From: an uncultured Nitrospiraceae bacterium
Lineage (GTDB): Bacteria; Nitrospirota; Thermodesulfovibrionia; Thermodesulfovibrionales; UBA6898
DNA length: 64,000 nucleotides
Assembly (NCBI GenBank): GCA_963811165.1
Contig: CAWEQH010000010.1
Coordinates: forward strand, 288,001 to 352,000
Direction of reading: 5' to 3'
Part shown: positions 9,917 to 19,281 of the stretch, piece after piece
Position numbering within the stretch: the first letter of the stretch is position 1
Layout: each line of letters starts with the position of its first letter
Position numbers and translations under genes: made by a program
Notes under the pieces: generated by a model
Seen by the model: the letters and a program-made list of their open reading frames with translations, nothing else
Database searches by the model: none
What the model was told of the DNA's origin: nothing

Positions 9917-10882
9917 ATGGATATAAAAAGAAGAGATTTCTTGAAGATAGTTGGAGGCGGGGGTCTGCTCCTGGCGTCAAATATTGCGCCGGCGCTGGCG
10001 ATTTCAAGGCCTCCTAAGAGCATGCCTCCGGAAGCGGTCGGGATGTTTTACGATTCGACTATCTGCATAGGTTGTAAGGCCTGCCAGCACGCCTGTAAGC
10101 AGTTCAATGAAATGCCGGCAGAACATACCATCAGACCTCCGGATATGATGGATGAACTTTGGGACAACCCGGCAGACCTTTCGGGAAAGACACTGGAGAT
10201 CATTAAGGCTGTTAAGACAGGCCCGGGAGAGGAGAAGAACATAGACTTTGCATTTGTAAAGAGGAATTGCATGCATTGTGTTGATCCCGCATGCGTTTCG
10301 GCATGTCCGGTGTCGGCATTAAGGAAAGATCCCAAAACGGGTGTCGTGACTTACAATAAGAAGGCATGCATAGGCTGTCGTTACTGCCAGATGGCATGCC
10401 CGTTCAATATCCCTAAGACAGAGTGGGACAAGGCATTTCCTCAGATACGAAAGTGCGAGTTCTGCAACCATAGGTTTGCCGAGGGCAAATACTCGGCATG
10501 CTGTGAGTTCTGTCCTACAGGGGCTTCTATCTTCGGTCCCGCAAAGGACCTCCTCGCGGAAGCCAGGAAAAGGTTGACCCTCAGGCCCGGCGATTATTAC
10601 AACTATCCTCTGCAGACGGTTAACTCTAAGGACAAGATGCGACAGAAGGTAGCCCCGTACGTTAATCACGTTTACGGAGCAACCGAGGCCGGAGGCACGC
10701 AATTCATCATGCTGTCGGCTCTACCCTTTGACAGTCTCGGCATGCCCCCTCTGTCGGACAAACCTGATGCGGCATTTTCCGAAGGAATACAGCATACGCT
10801 TTATAAGGGGATGATTTTGCCCGCTGCAGTACTTGCCGGTCTCATGTTTGCGGCATACAAGAACACCAAGAAAGATGAATAA
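9917..10882 (+). CDS. hybA: Hydrogenase-2 Fe-S subunit
   Basis: Tat signal RRDFLK, four 4Fe-4S Cys motifs, GGTQ and QHTLYKG C-terminal TM. Confidence 0.93.
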   Translation: MDIKRRDFLKIVGGGGLLLASNIAPALAISRPPKSMPPEAVGMFYDSTICIGCKACQHACKQFNEMPAEHTIRPPDMMDELWDNPADLSGKTLEIIKAVKTGPGEEKNIDFAFVKRNCMHCVDPACVSACPVSALRKDPKTGVVTYNKKACIGCRYCQMACPFNIPKTEWDKAFPQIRKCEFCNHRFAEGKYSACCEFCPTGASIFGPAKDLLAEARKRLTLRPGDYYNYPLQTVNSKDKMRQKVAPYVNHVYGATEAGGTQFIMLSALPFDSLGMPPLSDKPDAAFSEGIQHTLYKGMILPAAVLAGLMFAAYKNTKKDE

Positions 10883-10912
10883 AATCATGCAACCTATAAG
10901 GGAGAAAAGATT

Positions 10913-12049
10913 ATGAGCGAACCCAAACCGATAGGAGGAAAAATAATCACAGCGCCGTTTCTTTTCTTTTCTGCGCTGGCGGCGATCGCCGTGATATTGA
11001 TTATCAAGCGTTTCATCTTCGGACTCGGCAACGTGACAAACCTGAACGACGGCTATCCCTGGGGAATCTGGATAGCCTATGATGTCGTAGTAGGAACGGC
11101 CTTTGCCTGCGGCGGATACGCAATCGCGCTTCTTGTATATATTTTTAACAAGGGGGAGTTTCACCCGTTCGTCAGGTCGGCCCTGCTGGCCAGCGCCTTC
11201 GGCTATACACTCGCCGGCGTGTCGATCTTCTTTGACGTAGGACGTTACTGGCAGGCGTATAACCTGTTTCTTCCTTGGTATTCGCAATTGAATTCGGTGA
11301 TGTTTGAGGTTGCCTTCTGCATCTCGCTGTACATCTTTGTATTATGGATAGAGTTTTCACCTTCGTTTATGGAGTGGATGAGCAAGAAGGGACTTGTCAA
11401 GACAATGAATAGGCTGATGTTTGTCTTCATTGCCATAGGAGTACTCCTCCCTACCATGCACCAGTCCTCACTGGGAACTCTTATGGTCGTAACCGGGCGT
11501 AAATTGCATCCTTTATGGCAGACGCAGATGATCCCGCTGCTTGCGTTGATTTCTGCCATAACGATGGGATACTCGATCGTTATCTTTGAAGCCATCGTCT
11601 CGTCGGTTTCTCTAAAAAGAGAGATAGAGGTGCCCCTGCTGTCCAAGCTTTCGGCACTGATCCCCTGGCTTATCGGGGCCTATCTTGTGGTGCGGTTCGG
11701 CGATCTTTTGTACAGAGGCCAACTGGGATTAGCCTTCACCAGCGGGTTTAAAGGCATAATGTTCATTATCGAAAATGTTCTTTACATAGTTCCATTGGTT
11801 ATCCTGTCATCCGCAAGCAGCAGGATGAGGCCAAAGATGCTGTTCGTTTCTGCCGTCATTATGCTTCTGGCGGGAGCGGTTTACCGTTTCGATACATTCC
11901 TTATAGGGTTCGACCCTGGCCCGGGCTGGCACTATTTCCCCTCGGCACAGGAAACGCTTATAACAGTGGGGCTGATATCTATGGAGATTGCCGGTTATAT
12001 GGTTATCGTTAAGAAACTACCTGTGCTGCCCGATTTGCGGCATGCATAA
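10913..12049 (+). CDS. hybB: Hydrogenase-2 membrane subunit (NrfD family)
   Basis: GYPWGIWIAYDV and PTMHQSSLG motifs; about 10 TMs. Confidence 0.93.
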   Translation: MSEPKPIGGKIITAPFLFFSALAAIAVILIIKRFIFGLGNVTNLNDGYPWGIWIAYDVVVGTAFACGGYAIALLVYIFNKGEFHPFVRSALLASAFGYTLAGVSIFFDVGRYWQAYNLFLPWYSQLNSVMFEVAFCISLYIFVLWIEFSPSFMEWMSKKGLVKTMNRLMFVFIAIGVLLPTMHQSSLGTLMVVTGRKLHPLWQTQMIPLLALISAITMGYSIVIFEAIVSSVSLKREIEVPLLSKLSALIPWLIGAYLVVRFGDLLYRGQLGLAFTSGFKGIMFIIENVLYIVPLVILSSASSRMRPKMLFVSAVIMLLAGAVYRFDTFLIGFDPGPGWHYFPSAQETLITVGLISMEIAGYMVIVKKLPVLPDLRHA

Positions 12050-12067
12050 GATACTTTAGGAGGAGAT

Positions 12068-13768
12068 ATGGCAAAAAGAATAGTTGTTGATCCCGTAACA
12101 AGAATAGAGGGACATCTGAGGATTGACTGCGAAGTTGATGGCGGCAAAGTCACAAACGCCTGGTCTTCCGGGCAGATGTGGCGAGGGATAGAGGTTATCC
12201 TCAAGGGTCGCGATCCGCGCGATGCGTGGCTATACACCCAGCGCTTCTGCGGCGTCTGAACGACGGTCCACGCACTGGCTTCAGTGCGTTCGGTAGAAAA
12301 CGCCCTGGGGATGGAGGTCCCCGTGAACGCCCAATATATAAGGAACATGATGATGGGCGCTCACGCAACACATGACCATATCGTCCATTTTTATCATCTT
12401 GCCGCGCTCGATTGGGTGGATATCGTCTCGGCCCTCAAGGCCGATGCAAGAGCGGTTTCGAACCTGGGCCAGAAGCTTTCTCCATGGACGGGGAACAGCT
12501 ATAGCGAGGTAAAGGCATCTCAAGACAGGCTGAAGACTTTTGTGGGTTCAGGCCAGCTCGGTGTGTATGGAAGCGGCTACTGGGGCCATCCGGCCATGAA
12601 GCTTTCGCCCGAAGTGAACATGCTTGCGGCCCATCATTATCTTCAGGCGCTTGAGTACCAGAGGGAGATTAATAAAGTCGTCGCAATTCTCGGTTCCAAG
12701 ACCCCTCATATACAGAACGTGGCCGTGGGGGGAGTTTCCAATGCCATCAACCTAGACAGTCCTTCGACTCTTAATATGGAAAGACTGTATTATATCAAGA
12801 CGCTCATCGACAAGGTCGGAGACTTCGTTGAAAATGTTCTTCTCGTCGACACAGCTGCGGTCGCGGCATTCTACGCGGAGTGGACGAAGTATGGTGCGGG
12901 TGTGACAAATTACCTTTCAGTTCCGGATATGCCGATGGATACGAAGGGGACGACCTTTGCGCTTCCCGGCGGTTACATTCCGAACGGAGACATAGGAAAG
13001 TTCCAGGCGATCAAGAGTTATCAGGACCCTTTCTTCAGGGATAGCGTCAAAGAGAGCATCAAGCATTCCTGGTACGACGGCGACTGGGACCGCCACCCGT
13101 TTGAAGAAGATACTGTCCCAAAATATACCGACTTTCAGGACAAGGGAAAGTATTCATGGGTCAAGTCGCCGACCTTCAAGGGGAAACCTGCACAGGTGGG
13201 GCCGCTGGCGAATGTCCTTTGTATGTTTGCGGCAGGTCACGAGCCTACAAAGAAATACGCGACGAAGATGCTCGATACAATAAGTGCAGTAGCAGGTACT
13301 AAAGTCGGATTGGCGGCACTGCATTCGACTATTGGGAGAATCGGTGCAAGGTCGATCAGGTGCGCGGTCCTCTTCGATACCTTAAAATCGCAGTGGCAGG
13401 CGCTTGTAGAGAATATCTCGAAGGGAGATGTCAAGACCTTCAACCATCCGACTTTCCCGGCCGGGGAACAGAGGGGCTATGGCTTTCATGAGGCCCCAAG
13501 GGGCGCGCTCTCCCATTGGATCGTGATCAAGGACGGCGTAATAAAGAATTATCAGGCCGTTGTCCCGTCGACCTGGAATGCAGGTCCCAGAAATAGCGAA
13601 GAGGCACTCGGGCCGTACGAGGCTTCCCTTATCGGAAACCCGGTGATAGATGCCGAAAAACCTCTCGAGGTTCTGCGGACGGTGCATTCTTTTGACCCCT
13701 GTCTTGCCTGCGCGATCCATATGGTAGATAAGACCAACAATGAAATCGTGAAGGTTAAGGCGGTATGA
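12068..13768 (+). CDS. hybC: Hydrogenase-2-type large subunit, 566 aa, with putative selenocysteine at residue 64 (TGA 12257-12259)
   Basis: ORFs 12068-12259 and 12284-13768 are in the same frame and join as TRIEGH...[15 protein letters not shown]-terminal [12 protein letters not shown]; hairpin just after the TGA. Confidence 0.9.
12257..12294 (+). promoter_or_regulatory. Putative bacterial SECIS element of hybC
   Basis: 8-bp perfect stem ACGCACTG(12270-12277)/CAGTGCGT(12282-12289) with GCTT loop; the loop G follows 18 nt after the UGA. Confidence 0.75.
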
Positions 13769-13775
13769 AGACGGC

Positions 13776-14297
13776 ATGAACGTTCTTGTGCTGGGAATAG
13801 GCAACGTCCTCATGATGGACGACAGCGTGGGTGTGCGCGCAATCGATGAGCTTGAGAGAAGATACCATTTTCCCGATGAGGTGGAACTTCTGGACGGCGG
13901 GACATCCGGTATCGAACTTCTTTCATATTTCGGCGACCGAGATTATTTGATTATCATCGATGCACTGAAATCCGGGTCCGCTCCGGGGACGGTTGTGAGG
14001 GTGGAAGGGGATGATGTCCCCGCCAGATTTATGACGAGGATATCGCCCCACCAACTCGGCTTGTCCGACGTACTTGCTGCGGCCACAATTTCCGGCCGGC
14101 TCCCGGAAAATTTGGTGCTCTTCGGGGTCGAGCCAAAAACAGTAGAACTCGGCCTAGGACTTTCCAGTGAGGTTCGGGCAGCCCTCGACAAAGTCGTTGG
14201 GGTAGTAATAGAAGAACTCAGACGTATCGGCTATGCAGGAGAGCCGCTTGAGACCGTATCGTCCGGGAAGACACTATGGGAGAAGGTGCAGGGGTAA
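13776..14297 (+). CDS. hybD: Hydrogenase maturation endopeptidase
   Basis: LGIGNVLM.DD..G, DGGTSG, IIDA and SPHQLGL motifs. Confidence 0.93.
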   Translation: MNVLVLGIGNVLMMDDSVGVRAIDELERRYHFPDEVELLDGGTSGIELLSYFGDRDYLIIIDALKSGSAPGTVVRVEGDDVPARFMTRISPHQLGLSDVLAAATISGRLPENLVLFGVEPKTVELGLGLSSEVRAALDKVVGVVIEELRRIGYAGEPLETVSSGKTLWEKVQG

Positions 14298-14507
14298 CAG
14301 GGATACTCTTATCCTGATACTCTTTCCGCATAAGCGGGTCGAAAGTGTCGTAGCTGCTTAGTATACGCAGTCTTTCAATGCCATTCCTTTCGGTCAGGGA
14401 CTTTTTCCCCGGGATCCCGATTGAATATTATCATTGCTTCTTCGGTTGAAGGATGTCATACGTCATCATCGCGTGATTTTTCCCTCTTAATAGAGATATA
14501 ATAAAAC

Positions 14508-15194
14508 ATGAGAGTTTTGTTGGTTGAAGACGAGCAGAATGTGGCTTCTTTTCTTAAGAAAGGGCTCGAAGAGGAGTTTTATACCGTCGATGTTGCCGAG
14601 GATGGCGGAAATGGTTTGGCCATGGCAACATCCAAGGAATATGATTGTATCATACTGGATGTCATGTTGCCGGAGATCAGCGGTATCGAGATATGCAAGA
14701 AGTTGAGAAGCACAAACGTGAAAACCCCGATACTGATGCTTACGGCCCTCGATTCCGTGGGCAGTAAGGTCGAAGGTCTCGAAAGCGGGGCCGACGACTA
14801 TCTTACAAAGCCCTTCGCCTTTTCCGAGCTTCTTGCGAGGATAAAGGCCTTGCTCAGGAGGGCTCCGGATTCTGTAAGTGAGCTGACGATGAACGATCTT
14901 CGCATGGATCTGCTGTCAAGAAGAGTTTTCAGGGGGGACCAGGAGATCATCCTCACCCAGAAGGGTTTTGCCATTCTCGAGTATTTCTTAAGAAACAAGG
15001 GGAGGGTGTTGTCGAGAACACAGATTATCGAGAACATCTGGGGATATAATTTCGATCCCAACACCAATGTGGTAGACGTACATATAAAGTTTCTGAGAGA
15101 AAAAATAGACAAGGGATTCCAGAAAAAATTGATTCATACAGTGAGGGGATCGGGTTACGTACTGAAGGCCGAAGATGATGGTCAAGACCTTTAG
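14508..15194 (+). CDS. OmpR-family response regulator (CusR/CzcR-like)
   Basis: LLVEDE, LDVMLP, GADDYLTKPF, NVVDVHI and HTVRGSGY. Confidence 0.9.
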   Translation: MRVLLVEDEQNVASFLKKGLEEEFYTVDVAEDGGNGLAMATSKEYDCIILDVMLPEISGIEICKKLRSTNVKTPILMLTALDSVGSKVEGLESGADDYLTKPFAFSELLARIKALLRRAPDSVSELTMNDLRMDLLSRRVFRGDQEIILTQKGFAILEYFLRNKGRVLSRTQIIENIWGYNFDPNTNVVDVHIKFLREKIDKGFQKKLIHTVRGSGYVLKAEDDGQDL

Positions 15195-16545
15195 GTTAAG
15201 GCTGACCATAATCTACACATTGGTCGTTGTGGGAATTCTTTCGGCGTTTGCGACTGCGATTTATTTTCAGTACAGGCGTAGCCTCTCGGAAAAGATCGAT
15301 AGTTACCTTCTTAAGGAAGCAAACGAGGAAATCCTCGTCGAGAGCAACCCTAAACTCCCGCCCAGGAATCGGCAGGTCATAAAGAGATTCGGCGACGAGT
15401 TTTTTGAAATCATAGATAATAAAGGGCAGGTGCTCATTACGTCCCTCGCCGCGGAGGGCGAGCGCTGGCCGCTCGACAGTGAGACGATGATGAGTGCATT
15501 CAAGGGGTCTCCACAGTTCAGTACCATTAACTTCAGAGGTTTGAATTACAGGGTCCTTTACTTTCCCATCAACGGAGAAAAGATATTGAGAATAGTCCTT
15601 TCTCTGGGAGAGATCGAGGGGAGCATCAAAGGACTCAGGAACCTTTTTTTCTTCTCTCTGCCGTTTGTTATTTCGTTATCCTTTGCCGCCAGCTGGTTCC
15701 TCTCCGGTAAGGCTCTGGCACCCATTGTAAAAATCGGGTCGCTGGCGAGTCAGGTGAGGGAGGGAAGGTTGGGCAAGCGGATAGAAATGGAAACAAAAGG
15801 GAAAGAAATCCAGGACCTCGTGATCATGTTCAACGAAATGCTCGACGGCATCCAATGCTCCGTCGAGGCGCAAAAGCGCTTTACTGCGGCAGTATCTCAT
15901 GAGGTGAGGTCGCCTCTCACCTCGTTGAGGGGAAATATAGAGGTTGCACTGAGAAAGAAAAGGACCCCGGAGGAGTATGAGGACCTCTTAAAGACGAATC
16001 TCTCCGATATTATAAGACTGTCAAGGATTACCGACAACCTCCTTTTTTTTACAAAGGCTGACAATAATATCATCGAGGTGAGGAAGCAGTGGTTTGAGGT
16101 TGCACATCTCTTCCAAAATTTAGTTGAGCGCCTCAGATACAGGGCCTCATCCGCCGGCATTACAATCTTGGAGTCATATCAGGAGGGTCTCGAGATGTGG
16201 GGCGACATCGACCTTCTCGAACAGGCATTTTCGAATATCATAGAGAACGCAATTAATTATACCCCCCCCGGTGGGACGATAACGGTGTCTTCGAAAAAAG
16301 AAGACGTTCGGATTATGATTTCGATCAGCGATTCAGGTATCGGCATTCCGGAAGATGAAATCCCCCATTTATTCGAAAGGTTCTATCGGGTCAATAAGGA
16401 ACGTTCGAGAAAGTCAGGTGGAACGGGGCTCGGGCTCTCGATAACAGAGTGGGTCGTAATCGCCCATGGAGGGAAAATTGGGGTAAGTAGTGCGCTGGGT
16501 TCAGGAAGCGAGTTCATTATCTCATTCCCGGTCCCTCAGGATTAG
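15175..16545 (+). CDS. Sensor histidine kinase (CusS-like)
   Basis: 2 TMs, HAMP, SHEVRSPL H-box, NAINY, DSGIGI and GTGLGL. Confidence 0.9.
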   Translation: MMVKTFRLRLTIIYTLVVVGILSAFATAIYFQYRRSLSEKIDSYLLKEANEEILVESNPKLPPRNRQVIKRFGDEFFEIIDNKGQVLITSLAAEGERWPLDSETMMSAFKGSPQFSTINFRGLNYRVLYFPINGEKILRIVLSLGEIEGSIKGLRNLFFFSLPFVISLSFAASWFLSGKALAPIVKIGSLASQVREGRLGKRIEMETKGKEIQDLVIMFNEMLDGIQCSVEAQKRFTAAVSHEVRSPLTSLRGNIEVALRKKRTPEEYEDLLKTNLSDIIRLSRITDNLLFFTKADNNIIEVRKQWFEVAHLFQNLVERLRYRASSAGITILESYQEGLEMWGDIDLLEQAFSNIIENAINYTPPGGTITVSSKKEDVRIMISISDSGIGIPEDEIPHLFERFYRVNKERSRKSGGTGLGLSITEWVVIAHGGKIGVSSALGSGSEFIISFPVPQD

Positions 16546-17543
16546 GCCGGCGCACTGAGCCCCCTTCTTTCCTTTCCCGCTGCGGCAAGTCCCAGCTGGC
16601 CTATGGTCTCAAGCATCTGGGCTTTCGTGGTAGCGTGAAACGCCTTTTCTCTGAGAGGCTTTGATCCATACAGGGATTTTGTGTACCATGTATAAAATTT
16701 TCTAAAAACCAGGGTCCCCGTAGCTTCGCCCTGGAAATCGCAACACATGGTGAGATGGGCAGCCATCGTAGCCACAATGTCTTGTATATGCGGTCTTTCA
16801 AGGATTTTTCCCGTCTTTATAAGTTCATCCGTCTCTTTGAATATCCAGGGGTTTCCCAGCGCCCCCCGTGCGATGATGACGCCGTCACAGCCGGTCTCAT
16901 CGAACAACTTCTTTATCAATGAGGGAGAGAGGGCATCACCGCTTGCTATAACCGGAATGTCAAGCGCAGCTTTCACTTCCCCGATAATACGGTAATCTAC
17001 ATTGCCTCCATAGCCTTGCGACCGTGTCCGGCCGTGGATAAAAAGGGCCTTGATGCCCGCCTCGCGCGCATACAGAGCCACTTCTTTTGCGTTTACGGAG
17101 TCTTCGTCCCAGCCGGAGCGGATCTTGAGGGTAACGGGGAGCGGTGAGTGGCCTATCAATGATTTGAGGAGGTCCCTCAGTTTTCCGGGATCTTTCATCA
17201 GCGCGGCGCCTTCACCCTTTCGAATCACTTTATAGACCGGGCAAGCGGCGTTTACATTGAGGAGATCGAACTCCCTTGAAGACAGGATGTCTACCGCCTG
17301 CTTCATAACCTCCTTGTCATCTCCCACAAGTTGGACCCCAAGTGGTCTGTCTTTGCGGCCTGACGACAGCATGCTCATCGTATTATCACTTTGATAAACA
17401 AGAGAGCGGGCGCTAATCATCTCCGTAAATGCAAAGCCGCATCCGAAGGATCGGTTCAACATCCTAAAGGGAAGGTCGCTTATTCCTGCAAGTGGGGCAA
17501 GCATCAGAGAGGTAAATTCTTTTCCGGCGATTATTAACGACAC
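16542..17543 (-). CDS. dusB: tRNA-dihydrouridine synthase B
   Basis: LAPLAG.SD.PFR, N.ACP, KIRSGW, HGRT and ARGALGNPW. Confidence 0.92.
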   Translation of the reverse strand: MSLIIAGKEFTSLMLAPLAGISDLPFRMLNRSFGCGFAFTEMISARSLVYQSDNTMSMLSSGRKDRPLGVQLVGDDKEVMKQAVDILSSREFDLLNVNAACPVYKVIRKGEGAALMKDPGKLRDLLKSLIGHSPLPVTLKIRSGWDEDSVNAKEVALYAREAGIKALFIHGRTRSQGYGGNVDYRIIGEVKAALDIPVIASGDALSPSLIKKLFDETGCDGVIIARGALGNPWIFKETDELIKTGKILERPHIQDIVATMAAHLTMCCDFQGEATGTLVFRKFYTWYTKSLYGSKPLREKAFHATTKAQMLETIGQLGLAAAGKERRGLSAPA

Positions 17544-17633
17544 ACTGATATTTTACATGATAAGTATCCCGGCCGTGTTCGTTTATACGCAAGAAACGCG
17601 TTGGGCTGAGAATATTCTTTATCTCCGAAAAGT

Positions 17634-17642
17634 TGTTATAAT
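17634..17642 (+). promoter_or_regulatory. Extended -10 promoter element
   Basis: TGTTATAAT ending 33 nt upstream of the ATG at 17676. Confidence 0.5.
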
Positions 17643-17675
17643 GTAGTGAAAATTCTACATGAAGAAGGTGACGTT

Positions 17676-17927
17676 ATGGCAAAGGTAATTACCTACGGAT
17701 GCAAGGAATGCGGTTGCGAGATCATAGTGAGTGGATCGCACGAAAGCCATCTGCGGCCCATTTTCTGCTGCGGGGTCGAGGTTGTGAAAATCTCGCCTGC
17801 TTCGAAAGAGACTTCGAAGAAGACGAAGGGAAAGAAGGTCTCAACGGCGGTGAAGAAGGTAACGCGGAAGACAACGGTCAAAACAGAGGTTAAGAAAATG
17901 GCAACCGCACGGAGGAAGACGACCTAA
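17676..17927 (+). CDS. Small protein with desulforedoxin-like Cys motif and Lys/Thr-rich tail
   Basis: CKECGC-x16-CCG followed by a highly basic tail; GAAGG RBS and upstream promoter. Confidence 0.65.
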   Translation: MAKVITYGCKECGCEIIVSGSHESHLRPIFCCGVEVVKISPASKETSKKTKGKKVSTAVKKVTRKTTVKTEVKKMATARRKTT

Positions 17928-17937
17928 GGGTAAAGTC

Positions 17938-18279
17938 ATGTCGAGGGGCGTTCGTGAGACAGAGAGGTTGCTTTCCGCCTATCGTTTTTGGGGACTTGCT
18001 ACGCTGGCCTTTTTTGGATTGTTTCTTCTGTCGGTGTTTACCGCATTATCGAGTACGGGGCTAAACAGGGTTATGCTCGTGGCGCCGCTTTTTTCCGGAT
18101 TCCTCTGGATAGGAACAACTTCTCTTAGTCGCCATTCACTGATTCAGCTCAAACGATGCATGGGCAAAGAGGTAGGGTTGCTTGAGTTTGTCTCGACGCA
18201 GTTTGTCTTTGTCCTCTTTCCCTTTACTTACAGAGAGTTAAAAAAAGAAGTTTCGGCGTACGCAAACCACCGCCTCTAG
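17938..18279 (+). CDS. Hypothetical membrane protein
   Basis: 113 aa ORF with 2-3 hydrophobic segments, directly downstream of the previous gene. Confidence 0.55.
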   Translation: MSRGVRETERLLSAYRFWGLATLAFFGLFLLSVFTALSSTGLNRVMLVAPLFSGFLWIGTTSLSRHSLIQLKRCMGKEVGLLEFVSTQFVFVLFPFTYRELKKEVSAYANHRL

Positions 18280-18304
18280 AGGGCCGCAAAAGGTATGGAC
18301 GAAA

Positions 18305-19225
18305 TCAGTTGCCGTTAAGAACTTCTTCTATTGTGATCACCACGGATTCTCCCAGGGAAACAAGGTCGTACCCGCCTTCAAGACAAAAGACATGGGGTAT
18401 ATCTTTCCTGCAGCCGGTTATCGATCTGACGATATTTCTGATGCCCTCGTTGGTCACCCTGATTCCCGCAAGCGGATCATTTACGTGGATATCATATCCG
18501 GCCGACACAAGGATAATATCGGGCCTGAAATTGTTTACCAGCGTCGGGAGAATATCATGGAAGGCTGCAAAATAGTCTTTGTCGCCTGAGCCGTGATGCA
18601 CCGGGATGTTGTAGGTAAAACCCCTTCCCCTCCCTTTTCCCCGTTCGGCGTCACTGCCGGTCCCGGGGTAATGCGGATACTGGTGGGTGCTGAAATAAAA
18701 AACGGAATCGTCCTCCTCAAATATGTGCTGCGTGCCGTTTCCGTGGTGGACGTCGAAATCGATCACAAAAACCCTCTCATACCCGATTTTTTGTGCATGT
18801 CGCGCCCCTATCGCCACATTGTTGAATATGCAAAACCCCATAGCCCGATTTGCCTCAGCATGGTGACCCGGCGGTCTCACCGCACAAAAAGCCCCATCCA
18901 GATATTTTTCTCTGCACCTGTCGATTGCTCCGATTACCGCGCAAGCAGCGGATAGGGCCGCCTCGATGGAATGCGGCGAGACGTATGTGTCGGCGTCATA
19001 GTAGCCGGTAAAGGTGATTATCTTCTCATAATAGGAGGTGGTATGTACTGAAAGGATATCTTCCTTCGCGGCCTTTAAAGGCGGCAGATGAATGAGTTTT
19101 TCCCACAAATCCACCTTTTTGAGGGCGTCATTGATTGCGATAAGCCTGTCCTTTGATTCAGGGTGGTTTGATGGCGTATCGTGGAGGAGGAAGATGTCGT
19201 CATAAATGAATCCTATCTTTTTCAT
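18305..19225 (-). CDS. Histone deacetylase family protein (AcuC/AphA-like)
   Basis: HPE, RPPGHHA, GFCIFNN, DFDVHHGNGTQ, SAGYD.H..DPL and LEGGY. Confidence 0.93.
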   Translation of the reverse strand: MKKIGFIYDDIFLLHDTPSNHPESKDRLIAINDALKKVDLWEKLIHLPPLKAAKEDILSVHTTSYYEKIITFTGYYDADTYVSPHSIEAALSAACAVIGAIDRCREKYLDGAFCAVRPPGHHAEANRAMGFCIFNNVAIGARHAQKIGYERVFVIDFDVHHGNGTQHIFEEDDSVFYFSTHQYPHYPGTGSDAERGKGRGRGFTYNIPVHHGSGDKDYFAAFHDILPTLVNNFRPDIILVSAGYDIHVNDPLAGIRVTNEGIRNIVRSITGCRKDIPHVFCLEGGYDLVSLGESVVITIEEVLNGN

Positions 19226-19265
19226 GGGTACTCAATTGTATCATGCAATTTTAAAAAAATGGATA

Positions 19266-19281
19266 TCGGCACGACCAGGTG
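19266..19281 (+). repeat. Target site duplication, left copy
   Basis: TCGGCACGACCAGGTG, identical at 20607-20622. Confidence 0.9.

Noticed and set aside
12068..12259. hybC treated as a pseudogene or as two separate genes
   Set aside because: The stop falls exactly on a metal-ligand Cys, has a SECIS-like hairpin, and the operon shows no other lesions; a read check is still needed
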